Of a stretch of 64,000 nucleotides of DNA, positions 10,673 to 24,600 are shown one piece after another. Numbering within the stretch: position 1 is the first letter of the stretch; the number at the start of each line of letters is the position of its first letter. Under the pieces are notes generated by a model. It was not told the DNA's origin. It did not search any database and worked only from the letters and a program-made list of their open reading frames with translations. A program made the translations under genes and the position numbers. The stretch is from Camelus dromedarius (Eukaryota), in contig NC_087447.1 of assembly GCF_036321535.1 (NCBI RefSeq), positions 37,946,001-38,010,000 of the forward strand, given 5' to 3'.

Positions 10673-13600
10673 AATAAGTGAATACTGACTGGCAAAGGCA
10701 GTAAGGGCTGAAACACGGAAGAGGCTGCCGTGGGCTGGAGCAGTGAGGATGTCTCCCAGAGCAGGTGGGCGAAAACCAGAAAGTGGCTAAATACAGGGGG
10801 AATTACAGAGTCCCTGAAAAGGGAGTGCATCTACTGGGGTGTGGGGCAGAGGGTGAGGACACAGCTCTTTATATCAGGTGCCATTCTTGTGCCTCTTCTG
10901 CTGGGAATGGAGCCCCCTAAATACAACCCGTATGGCTGGCTGCATTCATTCCCCAGGCAGTTGTGTCTAGGAATATGCAATCACGTATCAGGTGTTCCTC
11001 CTCTAGCAACTTCCAATTTATTTGAATCCTTCAATATTCCTGTTTATAGGTGCTACAGAGAAAGGGGAGCTATTGAGCAAACTGGTGTCACATTTGGTGA
11101 AACTCCGTTAGAGGTGGGAAACAGACCGCTTAGCCTCACATAACTCCAGGCCTTGACAGGTTATTATGATGCAATTGTATCCTAAAGTTGGTGCTTGGAC
11201 TTTGAGCCCCATACCTTCGATACCTCTACTAGACTCCTTTGACAATAACTAAACAACAAGGCTTGTAATTAAGTGAGGATTGGATTAAAACCCACCTGAA
11301 AAAACCCACTTTATTTTTTTAACCTGTATCCAGTATTTAATGATGCACGCAGGTTGGGCAGGCAATAGGGAATTGTTAAAACATGGAAGGCACACGTGAC
11401 CAAGATTTTCCACCACCCAAGCTTGGAGAAGCTTTCTAATGAGCCCCTGCTCCCAAGAATCAATGTGATGATTTTCCAGGTGTCAGGCTTGTGGAGCTCT
11501 GATGTACAATTCCCTGATCCCTCAGTGGGACACACCAACTGCCATTAGAGTCTAGAACAAGGACACAACGTCAATGGGTTTGAGATTCAACAAGGAATGA
11601 GAAAGGCATTTATGGCAGAAGGAAGGGGTGGGATATTGTGTCTGAGGGATTTTCCTGGCCTTTCATTCTTGGAAAATGAGAGGGCCTAGCCGACTTTCTT
11701 GCAGCACTGATTAGTCTTGCCCAGGGGAGCTGCTTTTCCCAACTCCGCAGGCTCCGTCTTGCTACAGGCACCAGCAGAGGTTTCTTCCAAGGTCAAAAGG
11801 TTATTTTTAGGGTAACTTAAGCTTCCAGGGAAAGAACTGAGTGTGGTCGAGGAGGGCCAGGCTGGTCACTCTGAGAGGTGGACAGACTCAACTGGTCAAA
11901 TCAGGGATTACTCTGGATGGGTTCCTCTTAGGTGATTAAAATTCTCCCTGTGTTTGGAGTCATTAGATCCAGAATGTCCCTCCTGTCCCAGGCTGAGAAC
12001 AGTGTTCCATGGAGAAGAGGGATAGAAACAGGACCCTTCCCACTGTACTGGAGAGTTCTTTACATGGACCACTCCTTTATGGAAACTGTCAGGGAACCAA
12101 AAGGTGCATATAAAGGGGGTTTCCTCTATAACTAGAGTCACCCAGGATTGGGAAGAGTAAGGCTGTGGGGGTCTTAGGCAATGGGACTTGAGTTGGCTCT
12201 ACCATTCATTTTCCGTCCTTGGGCAGATAGTAATCTTTCTCAGCCATAGTTGTTAACATGTAAAATAGGGATAATAATAACTACCTGCAAGGAGTAAAGT
12301 TTATTTATGTTGAAGACTAGTAACTTCGCTTGGCCTGAAGCAGATACTTAAAAGTGGTGGCTATTATTATTATAACCAAGGCTTATTCCTTCAAGTGCCA
12401 TATTACATCAGGTTAAAATAGTAAATTAAATGAAATCATCACACAATCCTCTGCTTTCTTAAAAGAAGACAATCTATGTGTTTAATTCTCAAAATAAAAC
12501 CAGTCACCACGGCCACTACAGAATAAAGTTGTCTTCCCCAAACCTCTCACATCCATGCCTGGTCACGTTGCTGCATCACTGCCCAGCAGGTTAAAGACAA
12601 TTTATGTTTGAACACCTGGCACATTGTCTGGCATGGAGCAGGCACTGGAGTGGTGGCTATTATTGACATTATAACAAAAGCATACCCCTACTTCTTCAAG
12701 TGCTAAATTATAACAACTTGCATGGAAAATTAGATAAAATGCATCACATACTCCTGTTCCTTCCTAAAAGAACATAATAAGAATTATTTTAATCCTTTCT
12801 TGATTTCATTGACACCATAAGAACATGATTGTATGTGTTGGATACTGATACTGTCCACTCTCAGGGGCTATGAGATGTGTAGTGCCAATAGCACCAAAGT
12901 AGATGATATTACATTAATTTTCTCGAAGTTTAAAATTAATATAATTTTATGGTTATTTTATTTCACTTCTTGTCATTGGGTTGTCAACTCTCCCTTCTTG
13001 CTGCTGTCACTGTAACTGTCTTTTGCAACAGTCCATCTACTCCCATTTTCATTTGGTGTGTAGTAAAATAAATAGCAAAACAAAAACAAAACAACAAAAG
13101 CCAAACTCAGTAGAATGGTGTGGGAACAGCAAGCCTGTCTACAGACATTGAGTGCAAACCTATTAATATAACTATATTTGTATATTTATTATATAATACT
13201 ATTTTATATAATGTACATTCTATAAATTTATTGTTATATATTTATTTCATGTACATCAAGAAGGATAAGTCTTTTAGGACATTTACTCAGCTAATCTGTA
13301 CTCAAGTGAACAGAAATGAAGCTTGTTCAACTTATGGTTAAGCACAGAGTAAGCAGATACCAAGTGAGCATTTATGAGTAATGGTCAGGAGCTTCGTGGT
13401 CTTTTATAACAACAGCTTCAACTAACTTGTGCTCAGGGGAAAACAGAAAACAGCCAAACAGGTTAGAGCTGTGTGTGAATGAAGAGCCTACAGACATTGA
13501 GTGAGAACATGGAAATGATCAGGATAGCAGTAATAAAATGTAGCGATGCCTGTTGCAGTTATCCAGAGGCTATTTCCTTGGTTTCTTCTTCTCAGCTTTC

Positions 13601-14864
13601 TCTGGTTTAAGGGAAGTCATCAGTCGAGGGACTCCTGATGAGTCAGCGTTTTGTAGTTTCTTTCAGGAGGCACAGTCATAGTGAAGATAAGACAAAGTCC
13701 ATGTTGTGGGAAAGACTCAGCGATCCAGGCTACAATCTTGGGAGAAGTGTGTCCCTGGATAATAGGGCTCTGAGCGCACGAGTAGAAACTGTGTTTCATT
13801 TCCAGGCAAATATGTAATTGGTTCATGGCACTGATGCAAGATCAGTTAGCTTTCAAGTGTCCAGATCAAAGTCATCCTTTGGCATCAAAGACCCACAGGA
13901 TCTTACAGGTCCTTTGGAAACCCTTCAGCCCTGGGTCAGCTGTCCACAGCACATCTTCATCCCATAGTCAAATAGGCTTAAGTAATCAATGCTTAACTTG
14001 TCTTCAGCACCAGTAAGTGCCATCCACAGCAAACCTCCAATTAAAAAGAGAATGTGAGGAATGGGCTCCCTCAGGAGACCAAGGGCTGAGCAGAGACCAT
14101 AGTTTAGAGAAGGGCTGGTTTCTCCTTTTCCGGCTTTGCCTTGTGGTCAACCTGGGATGACTTGTTCCTTTTACCTTTGTCTCAGAAGTTTAGGAATTTT
14201 CACTGGCCAAAATGCTGCTAAGAAGTCCTTTCTGTTCTCTTTCTAGGAAGATAAAGATGCTAGGTTCCTGCAGGTAATGAGGTAAGATAAGGAGAGATTT
14301 TTTAAGGAAGTTTATTCCTACCTCTGCTTGATATAATTACAACCCAGATTATATAATTATCTGTCTCTTTCACATCAGACTGTAACCACCATTACAGCAG
14401 GAATGATAGCTGCCTTGTTCGTCCTTGTTTTAGTACTTAGAGTATAGTATATGCTCAAAAAAACTTTTGAATGAATGAATGAATTTCTACAAAGTTTAAA
14501 GAATATAAGGAGACCAACATGAAAATTCTCAACACGATTTTGGAGAATACCGCTTAGGGCACTATAGGATTGGGGAAGACAGGAACTAAAAGCCTTCTAG
14601 ATATTTCTAGAAGGTTCTAAAAAATGCCAAATAGTACAGATCAGTCTTTGAAGGAATCTTCCTTTTGGTAAGTCATTGGAGTATCCATCCAGTTTTCACA
14701 GTTGTAGCAAACATTGAAAGAAAGCAAGCTGATCTAGGAGTCAGTCATTTCTGTACTAAAAAGGAAAGATCAACCAAATACTGCTGGTCCTGTCAATTTA
14801 AAAGAATTACAAATAGTAAAATATCAAGTACCTCATAAGCATATACTCTAGGTGTCTTATCCTT

Positions 14865-14990
14865 TTTTAGGAGGGAGGGTATAGTTGATTTACAGTGTTG
14901 TGTTAGCTTCACGTGTACAGCAAGGTGATTAAATTATACATACACATATATAAGTATATATATTCTTTTTCGGATTCTTTCCCATTATCT
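14865..14990 (-). mobile_element. Short L1 3'-end fragment
   Basis: gtatagttgatttacagtgttgtgttag...gtacagcaaggtgatt, an L1 3' terminus. Confidence 0.7.
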
Positions 14991-15888
14991 GATGTTTAAT
15001 ATTAATAAAAACATGGAAATAGAACTTTATCTGATTCAGCCCAAAGGATATTACCATAACCTAATATGATAATTTCAAAAGAATGTATCAGAATCACCTA
15101 GTAGGTATTCTTCTCCAAAATAAAAAGCCAGGGGCAAAAAAAATCTCATGAGAAAAGTGACATCAAAACACTTTTAAAATTCTAAAAATTGAAGTTTAAA
15201 AAAATCTCCTAAATTTTTCCTTAAAGCTAAATTTTCCAAAAGAGATCTGAAGACTTATTACAGTAGCATGACCTGGGTGTTGATAAAGACACATTCCGAG
15301 GCCCCACTCTATGTCAAATTGAATCTGAATCTCCAGAAGTCAGGTCTGAGCATTGAATAGTTTCTAAGTTCCCCAAGTGATTCTGATGCATATCCAGTTT
15401 GAGGCGTCAAATTCTAAATTGTCAGAGTCTTCACAATGTATCTTCATCTCACTGGTTGAGGTCAGCCTCCTGTAGGAAGCTTCCTGTGATTTTTCCCTAC
15501 TAGTAAAACTTCTGTTTTTCCTTTTATCTACCAATTCCTTATCTTAATATGGTATTTAATCAGAGTGTGTTATTTTGTAGAACTATGAAATTGAGATGGG
15601 AGAAGAAGCCACACAAATTTTAGTACTCTCCAGATCAAAACTTTAGATCTTGTGTTGTTATTTTAGTTTGAGTACTCTCTCATACAGAACAACACACACA
15701 GAAATATTCAAACATAAGTCTGTATGTAACCCACATCCCTGGCATGAAAGATCCTAGGATACAGTTTTTTGGAAGGGTATCACAGCTCCTTGGATTAAGC
15801 CTTGACCAAGGATTTCCTACTAATAAGCTTGATGTGAGGCTCTTGACCCAAAGTTTTAGACAGATTTTAATTAAGAGTAAGAATCTAG

Positions 15889-16031
15889 TGAGGGCGGGTA
15901 TAGTGCAGTGGTTAGAGTACATGCTTAGCATGCACAAGATCCTGAGCTCAATACCCAGCACCTCTATTAAAGTAACTAAATAAATAAACAGACCTAATTA
16001 GCTTCCCTCCCAAAAAACCCACACACACAAA
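15889..16031 (+). mobile_element. tRNA-derived SINE (camelid Vic-1-like) with 16-bp TSD
   Basis: A box (TAGTGCAGTGG), degenerate B box (GAGCTCAATAC), AT-rich tail with cctaatta..ctccc; TSD aagagtaagaat(c/g)tag at 15873-15888 and 16032-16047; absent from unit B (~62815-62830). Confidence 0.85.
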
Positions 16032-18929
16032 AAGAGTAAGAATGTAGACTTAAAACAGAGATCTAGTTTCAAATCCTAGCTGCAACACTAATGTAATTTT
16101 AGAAAAAAAATTGCTACATTTTTGTTTAAATTTAATTGTGATTCAGAAAAATATTTTACCTTTCCACATCTAGATTACATCATTAAGTGAAGTACACTAT
16201 CTCATATGGAATAATAATAACAGTTGATAATGGGTGCTGCTATGTTAAATGAAAGATAAAAAGGAAAACAATTTTTTCTTATGCATTAAATAAACACTGG
16301 TGATCATGCAGCTGCCATGGCTTCTAGCTGTAATAGGGAGTAGATTGAGTACTACGTCTCCAGAAAGAAGACAAACCAATGGTTCTAGTAAAATTTTTTT
16401 TCAGAATCAGATCAAAGGAAAAACAATAAAACTTAGATATCCTGTTTCAAAATTCAGCAATACCATTTTATTATGAACTGTTTATCTTAGTTGAAGAAGG
16501 TATCTTTGACTATGGCAGATTATATTTCCCATTATTAGCTGAAATAATATTTCACATCCCACATGTTTCTTAAAACCTTGCCATATTCCCACTAAGGGAA
16601 TATGTGTTAGTTATGACCCCACAGACATGTACATTACTGACATTACAGAATACTCCTATCAGTTCACTGGTGTATTGCTCCAACTAAGGATAAAATTACT
16701 CTGATTATCCAAGCACATATCAGCTAGGGGTTAGGTTTGGTGGCCAGGGCACATGTAGGTGGTGGGGAAAATTAGCAATAGAGAATAAAATTAGCCTCAT
16801 ATTTTCTGTGACTCAGATGGAAATACCATTGATAATTAGGAATTTAATATTGTTAAACTATGCATCTCAATATAGATTTGGTGTTTTCATGTTATTATAC
16901 TGTGTTTCACAATAGGAAAGTTTTAATCTGAAAACATGACTAAACAATCACTCTTAAGAAATTTTAATGAAAAATAAAAACAAAAAAAATCACACTAATG
17001 ATAACCCCAAACATTAATCAATAGAATATAAAGAAAGCAAGCCACAATCTTCAGTGAGCTCTTATGAAATCCTCAGATTCACGGAATCCTCTTTCCATGT
17101 CCTCTGAATTCCCAGAGCCCATAATCATTTGGTCAAGAAGTCTGTGTTGATGTCCACGGTGCTACATATTTTGCCTGATGCTAAAGACAGAGAGGTGAGG
17201 GATGTTCTGTCCTTGCCCTGTGAGATTTGGTTCATGTCATCAGTATAGTTTAAATATCACATCATATAATGGCTCATTGTATATGTGTTAAAGAAGGGCC
17301 CAGATCTTATTCATATTTATTCTCTGTGTCAAGCACAGTAATCAATTTTAATTGTAGCAGAAACTTTAAATGGTAATTTTTTTCTTCAAAATATGATCAG
17401 AGGAATAGAAAATGAGATTAGATAAAAAGATTCAGAATTGATGTACTAAACAAAGGCACCAACATTTCCTGATTGACTACCAAGTGTCAAACATTATTTC
17501 AGGAAATTTGTGTGTGTTCCTTTATTTAATCCTCCCCTCAATTCTGTAAGGCAGGAAGGAAACTAAACTCACTAAGTCTTACAGAAGTTAATGCCTTACA
17601 CCCTTCTGATCCACCCTCCCCACTGCAGCCAGGAAGCCAGGTCTGGTCACTCACTGGCTTAGCAGCCTTCCATGAGTCTCCACTACCCTTGGAATAATAC
17701 CTAAAAACCCTCAAATGACTAGTAAGCTATGGGACCTGGCATTTCCCCAAGTCTCCAGCTTCATTTCTTGCCTCTCTTTCTTCTCCTCCTTTCTCTCTAG
17801 GTATCAGGCATTGCCTTCAGTTCCTTGAGCACACACCATACCCTTTTTCATATCCTGCCTTCCCTCAGGCTGTTCTCAAATCCAGAGTGCTTTTCCTTAA
17901 CTGTTGAATGAACGACTGAGCAACTGAGTGACCGAATAAGGGTCCTAAAGGGAGTCAGGATAGGATCCTGTTCAGGTGAAAGGTTAGGGGTAGTATGGGC
18001 ATTAGGGAATTCATCACAAAACTATGATAATACATGAGTTCTTGTTGATCACAAGATGTAGCACATCTGGCACCCAGACCTTGGTTTCTTCTTTATACTA
18101 GTTCCTGCTCTCCCTTCAAGCCTCAGCATTAGTGCCACATTCTCTAGAAGCTTCTCTACTCCCAAAGTTGTGAAAACCCCTGGTGTGTGCCATGGAGCCA
18201 GCTATATGCACTTACCTCCCATAATGCTCATCATACTTTGATGAGACACACTTTTATGTCTTTCTTGTTTACTTCTCTATCCCCAGGACATAGCATTGTA
18301 AACACTACTGGTGGTTATTCTCTCTATATATATTTATTGATTTAAATTACACACAACTACTCTAGAATATATAGTTGATTTGTCTTTCTCATTGGTTTGG
18401 TGTTTCATTTGTTTGAGTCGTTGGAGATTTTATAAATCCCCTACCTTCTCTTCCAGAGTGAGTACAACTGGTCAGGGATTGGGGCTACTCTCAAGTATAA
18501 AATGATACTATCTGATTAAACAATAGAATTAGAATCACAGCTCTTCTGAGTCTCTAACTGTCCCCCTGGGCACATGCTCTGGGGAGCACATGTGTTTGTT
18601 TTCCTTTCCTTTACCTTGTTCCTCATCCCTCCTCTCTTTGCTGACTAATTCCTATCCGTTTCCTACATGTCAGCAGGGCTATCACTTCAGACACTGTGCA
18701 CCTAGGCCATCTAAATGGAAACAGTATTCCCGGTGTCAAGTAGAAGGAGACCTGACAAATGGTAGGAGCTCAATAAATATTGTTGAATAAAAGAGTGAAT
18801 GAGTAAATGAAGGTGTGTTGGAGAGATTCGGGGCAGGATATTGTTCAGGGGAAAGATGAGGATAAAGAGATGAGGAAATCAGTCACAAAGCAGTGCTGCG
18901 TTCTTTGACGTTTAAACTTGTCAAAAGAT

Positions 18930-19710
18930 GCAGCACATCCAGCACCCTCATCTTGGTCTCTAAATACCATTCTCTAATAAAATGGGGCAGAAATCCTTAG
19001 AGAAATGGCTGATTCTAAGGCTGGGACAGGTGAAACATAAGATAAGTCTGGAGTATCACGTAGGGCTGGAAAATAGAGACATGTTCAAGTGGCCTTAAGT
19101 GTGAGCTGAACTTAGTGATTCTCCTGTAACAGGCAGAATATGGAAAGAGAACCAGAATAACTTTAATAACAGGAGAAACTTGACAGACAGTACCTTAACC
19201 AAGCTTCAAGTTTAACATCACCAGTAATAATGTTGACATGAATGTGCTGCAGTGAGAAATACACCTCTCTTCTGGGATATTCTTCCAAAGAACCGTAAGC
19301 TCAGTCTAATCACAAGATAACATGAGATAACTTCAGCTGGAGGGAAGTATAAGAAGTATCTGACCAGTTAATCAAAAGTGTCAAGGTCAGGAAAACCAAG
19401 GAGTGCCTGAGAAGTTGTTAAAGACTCAGAGGGGACTAAGGAGACATGACAACTAAATGCAGCATGGTATCCTGGAACAAAAGAAGGATTATAGTGCAAA
19501 AACTGGTGAAATCTGAATAAATCCCATAGTTTAGTTAATTTCACCGTGCCAATGCTAATGTCTTTGTTTTGGTAAATGGGCCATGGTTATGTAAGATCTT
19601 AACACTATGTGAAGCTGAGTGAAGTGTATATGGGAATTCTGTATTATCTTTGCATCTCATCTGAAAAGTCTAAATTATTTCCAAATAAAATCTGAATAAA
19701 AAGAAAAGAA
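18930..19710 (+). mobile_element. L1MC-type 3' end
   Basis: taaataccattctctaataaa...gaaatggctgattc, ending in an A-rich tail at ~19700. Confidence 0.7.
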
Positions 19711-21279
19711 GTCACACAAGGTTTGACTGCAATGTCCTTTTAGGGGAGGGTAGTGAGAGGTTCAGGGAAGCTTGCTTGATTTGGGGTCTATGAAATCTTG
19801 GCCCTCTAGCTATGCATAAAATGCTAACCTTGCCTCGCTAGTGATTTCGATTTTATGGGAGGATTTCACATCCTTAAATTCACTTCACCCTCTCCTCCAA
19901 GAGGAAGGATAGGGAGAGAAGGTGTTCAGGTTCATGGAGACTAGAGTGAGCTTCTCCCAGACCTTGTGTTAAAATAAGTAATCTCACATATAATGTTTGG
20001 GATTAGGATCTATAGAGACCAAATTGTGGACTTTAAACAGAACTGATGTGAAAGAAGACTATGACATCATTAATTAACACACTAATGAAAGAATCACACA
20101 GAGGTGGCAGGCAACCAAGTCCAAAAAAAAGATAGCAATCTCTGAATTAGTCAGCATGTTCAGCAAGAATCAGGAAGATATAGGTGCCAAGCTGTGTCTC
20201 TTAAACGCAGATAACAAGGTCTTCTCTTTGGTAAAAATCAATGACTCAGGTGTTATAGCTCCATTGCCGTGATTCTGTTCTCTCTAAACAAGTTATTAAA
20301 GCATGAAGAAAGAAAATTGACTACCTACATACTTTGCTAGATAATTTAAATGCTTTTTAAATTCTCTCAAAACACCATGAAGTAGACAGTACTGTCCCCA
20401 GGTTACAAGTGGGAATCAGAGACCCACAGAGAGATTAAGCTACACACTTGGTTACAAAGTAAGTAACAGAGCTGGGATTCAAACCCAAGTGTATCTGATG
20501 CTCTGACCCACTCTCTTTCCAAGATTAGAGTGTAGGTACACAGAAAATGCCCCACAGTCCTGCTCTGCTCTTTAATCATCCTACCTGATGGGACTCCTGT
20601 CAAAAACTGGTTCACTGCTCTCTGAGATTGTCTTTTAGAGCACTCATTGTTTAAAGGCAGACACCCCATATGCCTTTTGAAGACAACAAACTCTATATGA
20701 ATCAAAAGGAGGGTGACTCCCTGACATCCATTTCCCCTTCTCTTGGTAATTACCCTGATTTTTGTTAGGTGTTTATGCCAACCCTGCCCAGCCCAACCAC
20801 GTTGACTAAAGCTGACTCCATCCCTGGCCCTTGGAGAAAGGCCTCTGATTCAGACTAGTGTGACCCAATTCTTTGGCCGCAGATTTCAGTGACAGGATGG
20901 AAATGCAGACAGTATTAGGTGAAGAACAGGATTCCTTTGCTAGGAGCCTCTGAGAAATATGCTTCTTTTCTTTTGGGGAGGGCGGTTGGCAGCCTCAGAG
21001 ATTTCCTTCCTCTTCTCTGGGAATGAAATGAGGAATCATGTGGCACAGGGCCATAAATAAGGAAGCAGGCTGTCACCATGCACTTTGTCCCACTGAAGTG
21101 GAGTCAACATTTGGACAATGACTCTGATCTCTGGCTATCAGTTTTCTATATAAAAATTAAATATTAATATTCTGTGAATCTAGGTAGTTTCTCTACAATC
21201 TAATATTCTGAGCTCCCTCCTGCTGGGAGTCCAAAGGTAGAAATGTTTCTCTGAGCAGAGATCATCATCATCACCACCA

Positions 21280-21800
21280 GCTTATTAGTCAACTATCACT
21301 ATAATAATGCTGCATAACAAACAACCACGATGTTCACAGTGACTTATAACATTGAGCTTTCTTGCTGATGACTGTGCAGATAAGCTGTGGTTTGCTGATC
21401 TCTGCTGGCCTTGGTTGGCCAGGCTTAACTCCAGACTTTGGCTAGGGTTAGGATGTTCCACTTGTGTTCATTCCTGTCCCCAGGCTGAAAGCGAGTGACC
21501 ACTTTGGGCATGCTCTTCTCATGACACAGGGTAGAAACCCCAAGAGACCAGAAACAACAACCAAAAAAACCATTCAAGTACATTTAAAGTCTTTGGTCTG
21601 ACATGACATATGTTATATCCACTCACATTCCTTTGAACAAAGGAAGTCATATTGGCAAGCTCAATGTTAGTGGGACTTTGCCATCAACCCACTTTAAGAA
21701 GGAGGCACTCAAATATCACATGACAAATGGCTTATATATATAAATCTTTTATAGGGTAGAAGTGAAGGATTGGTAACAATAATCCAATCTAGTATCTACC
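21280..21800 (-). mobile_element. Old MaLR LTR (MLT1-type)
   Basis: gctgcataacaaacaaccac ... cactcacattcc...aagtcat motifs. Confidence 0.6.
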
Positions 21801-23037
21801 ATGTATTGAGTACACACTAGGTATCACACTTTTAAATACATTATATCATTAAACCTCACAACACTTATATGGGACAGATATTAGGAATATTTTTTGGGTG
21901 AATGAGTTTGCCTATTGTGTGTCTGTTGGGCTATGCACTGTGGTTACCGTGTAAAACAGGCCTGATTGTCAGTTGGCTGGAGAGCAGGCAAGGTAGCTGG
22001 AGGGCTTTGTTAAGCATGAAGAGGGTTCTGGAGATATTTCCTAAGCTCAGATCAGCAAGATGCTCATCTGATCCCAGGGCAGCCAATGAGCAAAGACCTT
22101 TCATTTAGGTTGGAAGAGGACTTCCCATGTGGTGTCCCTTTTTCCTCCCATCTTCTCACCTCCCTCAAGCCTCATTCTTCAAGATTACTTCTTTACTATT
22201 AAACTATCTCTTCCTTTCCCCCAAACCCAGTGAAACTGCCACTGTGCAGAAGCATAGTGTTTGCTAGTTGGAATTTTGCTATTCTGCCATTTTCATACCA
22301 ATCCTTACATGAATGTTGGAAAGTACCAATGAACAGAAATTACAAATCACAAAAGACTAATAAGTAAAAAAAAATTGCTAGATGGTACAATTGATGTCTA
22401 GATATTCTAATGAGGAAGTCCTGAATCAAGGAAAAACTGAATAGGGGAAATGCTAGCACAAGGGTGACTTCCAGTCAGTGTTGGAAAAGCTCCTCCTCTC
22501 ATTCATTCCCAAAACCATTTTGATGTCATCGTCTTGAGCCACCAATCCTGAGTCTATTGCCAAGTCATTATCCTTTAAAGGATGGATGAGAAAACCTACT
22601 TTTCTACTTTATGAATAATGCTCTCTAACACTTAATAAAAGATGTCAGGTCACAAAACTTTATTTCATCTAACACTTAGTGAATATCTACTATATGCTAG
22701 TCGTTAAGTTATGTGCAGGTGACAATACTGTCATCAGGGTAACAGTCCAGTATGGAAATAGCACACAGATACGGATTTAACCTTTGAGGTATTATCAGGC
22801 CTTCGAGTTATAACAAGTGCTATGAAATACAATAGACAGATTATATCCCTTGGACAGAGAAACAGAAAGAGTAGGTGGCATCCAATCTAAGCCTTGAATC
22901 TAAGAGAGAAAGAGGAGGACATTTTGGAAAGAGGTTCAGAATGTAAAATTATACAGATGAATAAAACATAGTATCTCCCCAAGAGCCCTGGTTAGTGTCC
23001 TGCATGGCCACCTCACGTACTGCTGTGAGCTGGGGAG

Positions 23038-23500
23038 TATTATGGATTGAATTGTGACTCCCCAAATAGATAAATTAAAGTCTTAAAGAGAATGTGACTT
23101 TATTTGGAAATAGGGTCCTTACAGAGGTAAGCAAGTTATGCCGAGGTCATTAGGGTGGACACTAGTCCAACATGACTGGTGTCTTTATAGAAAGCAGAAA
23201 TTTGGACACAGACAGTGAGGCACAGAGGGTACACAATGGAAAGATACAGAGAGAACCATGTGAAGCCAGGTGAAGATGGAGGAATGGAGTGATGCAGCTA
23301 TAAATCAAGGAACACCAGAGATGCCAGCAAACCAGCAGAGGCCAGGAAGAGGCAAGGAAGGATTCCCCTACAGGTTTCAGAGGGAGCAGGGTGCTGCTGA
23401 CACATTGATGTCTGAGTTCTAGCCTCCAGATCTAGGAGACCATAAAGTAAGTCACCCATTTGGTGGTCGTTTCGTATGGCAGCCCTAGGGATCAAATACA
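23038..23500 (+). mobile_element. MaLR solo LTR (MLT1B/C-like)
   Basis: tattatggattgaattgtg ... ttatttggaaatagggtc ... ggcagccctagg..aaataca. Confidence 0.8.
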
Positions 23501-23689
23501 GGATTAACAAGATGCAGTCAGAATTCTATGTTACCCAATCCTGCTTTAAACACATTCTCTGTTTTACGCTGCTGCTTAAGGTTGTGTTTGAAAAGCCAGG
23601 TTTCATGGGTGAAATGAACATGACAACAGGTATAGAGCTTTGAGAGTGGATCAGTTGGACACATCCAATTGCAAACAAGCAACTTCAAG

Positions 23690-24600
23690 GTCAAATGCCC
23701 TAAATAACTGAAGGTTTTATGGCTTCTGTAATTGTAAGTCTAGAGAAGATGTGAGGTTCCAGTGCAGTTTGACAGAGACATTGAATCAAGGCTCTGACTC
23801 TATTTCTCTGCATTTGTGGAGCGTTCTCATGTAAGGGTTTGGTCTCGGGCTGGCTCCTGTTAAGGTGGCAAAATGGCTGCATGGTTCCAGCTTCACCTCA
23901 TAGCGCACTATGCAGAGAAGGGAGGAGCAACTTTGACCAGGTATCCCCAGCCAAGGCCTTGAAGTTCTCGCTGATTGGACCACCCCTGAGCCTGCACTGA
24001 TCACTTGGCCTATGTTCTGCATCCGGGGGGGGGGGGGGGGGGGAAGGATTCACCGTGATTGGCTCAGCCCACTCTTCCATTAGCCTTGGCTACGTGGCAA
24101 AATACTCCAGAATTTAGTGTCTCAAAACCATGCAATTTATTATTTCATGATTCTGTGGGTCAGGAATTTGGCCATAGCTCAGCTGGGATGGCTCTTTCTC
24201 TTCCATGTGGTGTTGTCTGGGCTCACGCCTGCATTCAGGGTCACTTGGCAAGTCAGCTCAGGGCCAGCTGGTCCTGGATGGTGTCAGTTCTATGACTGCC
24301 AGTTGTCTGGGCTGCCTCAGTTCTCTTCTGTGTGTCCTCTCCACCCAGCCAGCTGGGGCATGTTCTCATGCACATAGCACTTCATGAGGGTGAGAACAGA
24401 AGCTGATGGCCCCTTGACACCCAACCTTGAGAGCTGTGAGACATAATTTCTTTCACCTTATATTGGTCAAAGCAAGTCCCTACTTCATGATGGGAAGATC
24501 TGTAAGAATTTGTTTTGGTTTAAAAATCCATCACACCCACCCTTACAGCTGGGGGAGGGAACCAATTTCACCCAAACCACATAGCTCCTGAGCAGAATGG
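23690..24600. mobile_element. Nested old MaLR LTR fragments, including a long G homopolymer at ~24024-24043
   Basis: MLT1-like motifs (ctgattgg, ttctgtgggtcaggaatttgg, tattggtcaaagcaagtc). Confidence 0.55.

Larger units (their letters stand above)
400..16590 (+). repeat. Segmental duplication unit A (paralogous to ~44730-63345)
   Basis: Colinear blocks: ~400-5125 = ~44730-49770; ~6285-7060 = ~49770-50580; ~11540-13410 = ~50590-52275; ~14330-16590 = ~61340-63345. Confidence 0.9.

Noticed and set aside
15889..15965. tRNA-like sequences here and at 53773-53850
   Set aside because: These are SINE heads with AT-rich tails (and a clear TSD for the first), not tRNA genes.
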